From IMG/VR virus record IMGVR_UViG_3300020576_002679: a DNA stretch of 20,000 bases; one strand, written 5' to 3'. The notes below the pieces were generated by a model. It did no database searches and was not told the DNA's origin. It saw nothing but the letters and a program-made list of their open reading frames with translations. The stretch is from an uncultured virus (IMG/VR IMGVR_UViG_3300020576_002679). Taxonomy: Duplodnaviria; Heunggongvirae; Uroviricota; Caudoviricetes. Below are positions 16,001 through 20,000 of the stretch, one piece after another. A program made the position numbers and the translations under genes. Numbering within the stretch: position 1 is the stretch's first letter; each line of letters opens with the position of its first letter.

Positions 16001-19000
16001 CTGTTTAGGTTTTAATTCTGCCTGCTTCAGTAAAAATCCCTCATGCACTTTGAGCGCCTTTGCCAAATCTTTACTTAACACCTCAATATTCTTATTCAGT
16101 TCGGCCAGTTGCTTTTCCTGATTATCGTCTTTAAATAAGTCTTCCAGTTTGCCGCCAAACATCACATTATCTTCATTGACAATGAGAGAACCCATTCCAC
16201 TTCCCTTAACCAAAAAATCTATGTTGCTTTCATGCGCTAGCTTTACTGGAAAGTTTTCTATACCGGTTTTATTGCTTTTAATATCAATGATATCAAGCAA
16301 TCCGTAGGGAAGCGTTCCGTTAATTGGCTCACCATCTGTAACAATTACATATCTACTAACCCCATACTTTGAGCGATTAGTAACTAAGCGATTTACAAAA
16401 TCAGGCTTATTAAGCTCCCCATTTGATATAGGCTCAAATCCATGAATATGATTTGCCGCACTTAGATAAACAATGGCCGTTTTAAGTCCCTTCTGTTTTA
16501 AGATAGCTTCTGCAACTAAAAACATATTTCGTTCAGCATCGCCCGCAGAACCTATTTTCGCGCGCTCATAATGGAAACTCTCCACCGGGTTCTTGTGCTC
16601 TCTTTCTTCTACATAACCCATACCAGTGATAAATGAAAATTTATCTGTATCAATTACTACATGCCCTCCGAATTTTATTCCACTTCCCCTAACCATGTCT
16701 GCCGTTCTTTGCGTAAATAATATATCGGCCTGACTTGCCTTATGATTACCGGAGGGGTGATTATGAACGACCATAATCTCATCCGCCCCCATAGCAAAAG
16801 TAGTTTCGACTATTGATTTTTGACTAGGAAATATTGTCATTTCGGGTAAGCCCAATGTTTGAAAAGAGGAATGAACCACTTCCCCATTTCTTAAATATAC
16901 CACCGCAGCAATCTCCATGTGCGGGTTTCTGATAGCAGTAAAGATATCAGCCAATGTTTCCGGGCTATCAATCAAAGCTCCGTTAATGTTGAACGACATT
17001 GTTTTTTCTAGTTGCTGCTTAACGCTATTCTCTCGAATAGAAAGAGGCTTCTTAACTAGAGAACCGTTTTCATACACCTCTGCTACATATACCTCACCTG
17101 CAGGTGAACGGTCAGGCAGACTTGCAATAGCTTCCTTTAACTGCTTTTCACTACCGTAAGCAATATCAACATGCTCCGCCTTTATCTTCTTCTTTGATGG
17201 CGCGCGCTTGATTTTTTGTTTTACCTTTTCGGGAACTTCATACCCGGCAGAAGAAAATAAATCAGCCTGATGCTCGGCAGTTATACTACCTACCTCTGCC
17301 ACATATTTTTTAGCCAAATCAACAGTTTCAAAGTCACCAACCTTTTCTTTATCTGCATACAAAGTGTATCTCTTACCGGCATCGCGCTCAACTGTTATTC
17401 GGTAATTAACTCCGTCTTTGGTTGTTTCTGCTAAAGGGTGCTCAAAACTAAACATATCTGTACCCTTCAATCTTCCTTTTTCATCTATAAGCTCAGGGAA
17501 GTTAAATATTGATTCTTCTACAATATCATCATCTAATGCGGCATCTTCATTTTTTTCAGGTGCCTTATTAATTACCTCCTCTTTCATTTTCTCCTCCACT
17601 TCTGCTACTTCTGTACGCAGGCGGGAGAGTTTATCGTTTTGAGTAAAAGGCTTTTTAAGTTCCGATTCGATAATCGGTATTCTTTCCTCTAGTTTCTTGA
17701 TACGATTATGAATATCATTCGCCTCAGTAGCGATGAACTCTAACCGGTTACGCAAGGAATTTATAAAACCTACACCCGCTGTTATAGGGCGAGAAAGATA
17801 ATGGTCATAATATTTTTCAGGGAAATGCGGATCTATAGCATAGCTTACATATACGTCCTCCGGCTTAACGGCTATACCCGAAGGTCTATCACCACCTATA
17901 ATACCTGAGTCAAACAATATCGGCACACCATTCACTTCTATTTGCTCCAAATGCTTCTTACCATCCTGAACAGACTTAATAATAAGCCCCTGAATAACGC
18001 TATCCACTACCGTAGCAAACTTTTCAGTGTGCGTAGTTTCTCCACGTTTCAAAGTAGTTATGTTGCCATCAGGTATCTTTTCATTCACATCTTTTACTAC
18101 CTGATTAATTTCAGGAACGCGGGCCTTTAACGATTCCAATACCATTTTATCATTCTTCAAATCTCCATTAAGCTGTATTAGTCTGCGCTCATGGTTTTTA
18201 GAAGACGTTTCCAGTTTACGGAGCTCGTAAGTTTTAGCATGCCATATTACAGCGTATTGACTTCCCGATAACGCGGCCATGCGCTGCTCAAAGCTCATAT
18301 CTGCCGGGTTGTCCTCGTCTGCCTCATCATTCATTTCACGGTCTAGTCCTTCACCTTTCATCATTTGATTGATGAATTTCTGTTTGATAGCCAACCGGCC
18401 GTAAGCAGTAGCATCAAGAGTTTTAGCCACACCGTAAGTAACTATATCAAAATCTTTATCCAGGTATGCCAGTTCATTACCCTGACGCAATCCCCGTCCG
18501 TTTCTTTGTTCAAAGTCCATCGGGCGCGGAGGTGCATCTACGTGATGTAGCGCTACCATCTTATCCTGAACATTCACACCAACACCCATCTTCTCTGTAG
18601 AACCTAGCATAACCCTCACCCTGCCTTGTTGCATCATTTCAAATACACGGGCGCGCTTCGCATCGGCTGACTTACCGGTACCTAAGTCATGGATGATTAC
18701 TATTTCATTTTCAGGTATGCCGCCTGCAATCAACTTCTTTTTAATATCGTTATACAAGTTAAATCGCGATTTCCCAAATGCCGGATTAGGTATTGTTTCT
18801 TCTTCATCCAACCATGCACCTTTAGGCGCAGGCGATTGATACATATCCGAGAATATTAATTGCGTTCCCTTGATATCGGTAGACTCATGGTAACGTTCTA
18901 ATACTTGCTCAACTACTTTATTTGTCTTGCTTCCCGGATCATCGTCTGCTTCAGGGTTCAGTAAACGTAAATCAATAGCCGCCTGCTTCGCCCGGTTAAA

Positions 19001-20000
19001 AATCAGCAGGGGAAAGTGACGGTATTTTCTTTTCTCTTTACCGGTCAGCTTCTCAAACCATTCCATTTCTGCGCGAAACTCATCCATCTGCTGTTTGAGC
19101 GCTTCCGATTGAGGAATAATTATATTGGTAAAGCCTCTGCGAGATAAGAACTCTACTGCTCCTTCGTTTGGAGAAGTATTAGTAAAGTAATCAACTAGCG
19201 CAGAACGTTCAGGCTTTCCTCCTAGCAGTTTAACCGCATCCGATATCGCTTTCCTTGTATCTTCCGTTACTGATATATTCTCTAACGGAATACCATTGAA
19301 ATAAGGAGTACCGGCAACATAATTAACGTTAGTAGGTTTAAGTTTGGGAATAGTTTTATCTTCCTTAAACTCGGGTATATCCTCTGTCAACACCACGTCA
19401 GTTTTACTTCTAAACGCTGTCAGTAATTCAGGTGCATTGATGTAAGACTTAAACCTTTCAACCATTTTAAACTTACCCGCAGCGGTAAATTCTAGTGACG
19501 GCTCTACTGCTCCAAACGTAGAAGCGAACTGATCGAAGTTAGATATCTTGTATTTTTCAAGAATATCAGGCTGTATGAACTTCATCATGGTCCATACTTC
19601 CGCCATCGTATTGGTGATAGGCGTACCAGTAGCAAACGTTACGTTCTTCCCTTGGTTAAGCTCCTGAATCCATTGTGCTTTCATATACGTAGAGAAAGCC
19701 CGCTGACTTCTACCGGTATCAACTCCCTTGATATTACTCATCTTCGTAAAGAATCCGAGTTTTTTATTTGCATGCGCCTCGTCATAAAACATGGCATCTA
19801 TACCCATCTTCTCAAAGGTCATTACTTCATCTGTCTTCCGGTCACTTTGTTTACGGATGCTGCGCTCAATAGCCAACTGCTGACGGGCAATATCCTTTAT
19901 CTTCTGACTGGAGTTTTCAATTTCCCCCTTCATTTTAGAAACGATATCAGATATGTTTTGCGCCTTTTCTTCTCTAGTTAAGCCGGTGCGTTCATTAGCA
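12995..20000 (-). CDS. giant DarB-like polyvalent protein (5'-truncated, >2330 aa): SF2/SNF2-type helicase, RadC-type JAB domain(s), helical C-terminal region like ejected internal virion proteins
   Basis: The frame stays open to the window edge (ANERTGL..VSKM). Helicase motifs FYDEAH (19772-19783), FATGTPITNT, QLIFSD, MGVGVNVQ, EQRNGRGLRQGN; Walker A must lie beyond the window. JAB motif VHNHPSG..ASQAD..GHVVID near 16765. The C-terminal part has GYTPEEA..PLIGNMFARF and PILGPLFQAMDDQDF. Confidence 0.9.
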   Translation of the reverse strand, partial: ANERTGLTREEKAQNISDIVSKMKGEIENSSQKIKDIARQQLAIERSIRKQSDRKTDEVMTFEKMGIDAMFYDEAHANKKLGFFTKMSNIKGVDTGRSQRAFSTYMKAQWIQELNQGKNVTFATGTPITNTMAEVWTMMKFIQPDILEKYKISNFDQFASTFGAVEPSLEFTAAGKFKMVERFKSYINAPELLTAFRSKTDVVLTEDIPEFKEDKTIPKLKPTNVNYVAGTPYFNGIPLENISVTEDTRKAISDAVKLLGGKPERSALVDYFTNTSPNEGAVEFLSRRGFTNIIIPQSEALKQQMDEFRAEMEWFEKLTGKEKRKYRHFPLLIFNRAKQAAIDLRLLNPEADDDPGSKTNKVVEQVLERYHESTDIKGTQLIFSDMYQSPAPKGAWLDEEETIPNPAFGKSRFNLYNDIKKKLIAGGIPENEIVIIHDLGTGKSADAKRARVFEMMQQGRVRVMLGSTEKMGVGVNVQDKMVALHHVDAPPRPMDFEQRNGRGLRQGNELAYLDKDFDIVTYGVAKTLDATAYGRLAIKQKFINQMMKGEGLDREMNDEADEDNPADMSFEQRMAALSGSQYAVIWHAKTYELRKLETSSKNHERRLIQLNGDLKNDKMVLESLKARVPEINQVVKDVNEKIPDGNITTLKRGETTHTEKFATVVDSVIQGLIIKSVQDGKKHLEQIEVNGVPILFDSGIIGGDRPSGIAVKPEDVYVSYAIDPHFPEKYYDHYLSRPITAGVGFINSLRNRLEFIATEANDIHNRIKKLEERIPIIESELKKPFTQNDKLSRLRTEVAEVEEKMKEEVINKAPEKNEDAALDDDIVEESIFNFPELIDEKGRLKGTDMFSFEHPLAETTKDGVNYRITVERDAGKRYTLYADKEKVGDFETVDLAKKYVAEVGSITAEHQADLFSSAGYEVPEKVKQKIKRAPSKKKIKAEHVDIAYGSEKQLKEAIASLPDRSPAGEVYVAEVYENGSLVKKPLSIRENSVKQQLEKTMSFNINGALIDSPETLADIFTAIRNPHMEIAAVVYLRNGEVVHSSFQTLGLPEMTIFPSQKSIVETTFAMGADEIMVVHNHPSGNHKASQADILFTQRTADMVRGSGIKFGGHVVIDTDKFSFITGMGYVEEREHKNPVESFHYERAKIGSAGDAERNMFLVAEAILKQKGLKTAIVYLSAANHIHGFEPISNGELNKPDFVNRLVTNRSKYGVSRYVIVTDGEPINGTLPYGLLDIIDIKSNKTGIENFPVKLAHESNIDFLVKGSGMGSLIVNEDNVMFGGKLEDLFKDDNQEKQLAELNKNIEVLSKDLAKALKVHEGFLLKQAELKPKQVAKKVVDGMTQMAFIPPGAIKAAGTVSSRLFNAPNRIDLGLVQIPVQDYLSDKIVGGFEEWLAKRVQEAATSRSMALRELSDLAVGWLRGVIDNNDYVKSRGEMKGGIATGGEAANRMGKALREIVGNNPGSLEKVISVMDPELHLHFGTPQQAAYEGLAADKARLYKEIYDARRLGLSTTAQQADLANVLTDIDTLNNVGLTPEEITLKSLLTSLNTVTHDTNRMMGIASGGTMGINQDTWEKFRNPVTGKADYIARSYNWTEEDEDAKALTQQIMAEMGIYKGRTDVSMDKVLEAVKDPVYLTVKRYAQTMKNLSIFEYSRELFAEQAGKGVLTSAQFMAKFGTAPSAKIDHGYVRMPGFGYGLLSNKWVAKHYAEDLKGYMYNTYLMQKFNDVAQAYDSLWLRRMYRAYFTVLNPGVIAGNVAMNYVWAFKAGINPVAFMGMLPKAVMEIRNGGPAYLAMLRNGLIGNNISLANLQGEAPSKKGFLNSAKGFYSGVDDVAKIQAYMVLTDLNGYTPEEAIGQIRDSFQTSEEVGRYWDLAAKTPLIGNMFARFVAQAIRIEKNNVVKRPLYTIAWYSFLSWLTFALMSGDEDNEELSKEEKGVWKDFATSVPRSAPTYHYDNADKQWKWGDMPLSMVVNGKRLDIARFVEPLYIWDQGDDYQSYIQWINKASPYPFKGEKTDNGIRKLKFMYSDPILGPLFQAMDDQDFRMRSVQDPSSGKWGYDVNLDDNDRLKNIASYLTRAYGGQYVALIDDLWNASRGEPDRYGRYKTVSDAILNLLVKVQRFDDKEVGRAVEKRMKTRDREFENLKFQLNNTLDQYHRDISEIVQDEKRSQEQKDKAMKAVTDKYYSANEARYAKVLDWMVETKKDIDEVNTLADNTKYEEFREIVKDFQGDEKYVPTLRGRRGMEQKKKGKEGKLEELRAKAEQAVTINREEIQQLAEEEVLKGKDNEERARLIFKNIDGKDAITQQQMIKNYIHRGVITNQTLIYLNRLRK

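Noticed and set aside
19772..19933. Helicase pseudogene lacking Walker A
   Set aside because: The reading frame is open to the window edge; the missing N-terminus is a truncation artefact
126..19981. Plus-strand ORFs in the track, and the minus-strand alternative-frame ORFs 10458-10640 and 11097-11288
   Set aside because: They lie on top of well-supported minus-strand genes and have no recognisable motifs; shadow ORFs
1..20000. Stop-codon reassignment as in some crAss-like phages
   Set aside because: Genes are full length and densely packed under code 11; TAG and TGA act as stops at domain ends (e.g. TAGTAG at 1295-1300, ATGA overlaps)

Overview
Every credible gene in this window lies on the minus strand, tightly packed and often with overlapping stop/start codons. 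The window looks like part of a tailed bacteriophage or prophage of a Bacteroidota host: there are TTTG-N19/20-TAnnTTTG promoters, A/T-rich initiation regions with no Shine-Dalgarno sequence, and signal peptides cleaved before Gln. In transcription order (right to left) it contains: (1) the C-terminal >2300 aa of a giant DarB-like polyvalent protein, with an SF2/SNF2-type helicase, a RadC-type JAB domain, an apparently inactive second JAB copy and a helical C-terminus resembling ejected virion proteins; (2) a putative structural protein and two fibre-like proteins, one collagen-like with G-X-T repeats, both unexpectedly carrying Sec signal peptides; (3) a lysis module with two holin-like membrane proteins, a T7-lysozyme-type amidase and a spanin candidate; (4) a separately promoted operon with a three-domain glycosyltransferase, RNase HI, an SSB-like protein, a GT2 glycosyltransferase, a SAM methyltransferase, a PLOD/LH3-type glycosyltransferase domain, and a RyR domain fused to an Acb2/Tad1-like nucleotide-sponge domain; (5) a possible structured intergenic RNA. 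The most interesting hypotheses are the RyR-Acb2/Tad1 anti-defence fusion, a phage-encoded glycosylation pathway that may act on its own collagen-like fibre, and the MPN+/MPN- tandem inside the giant protein. All family assignments come from motif recognition by eye; no searches were run.
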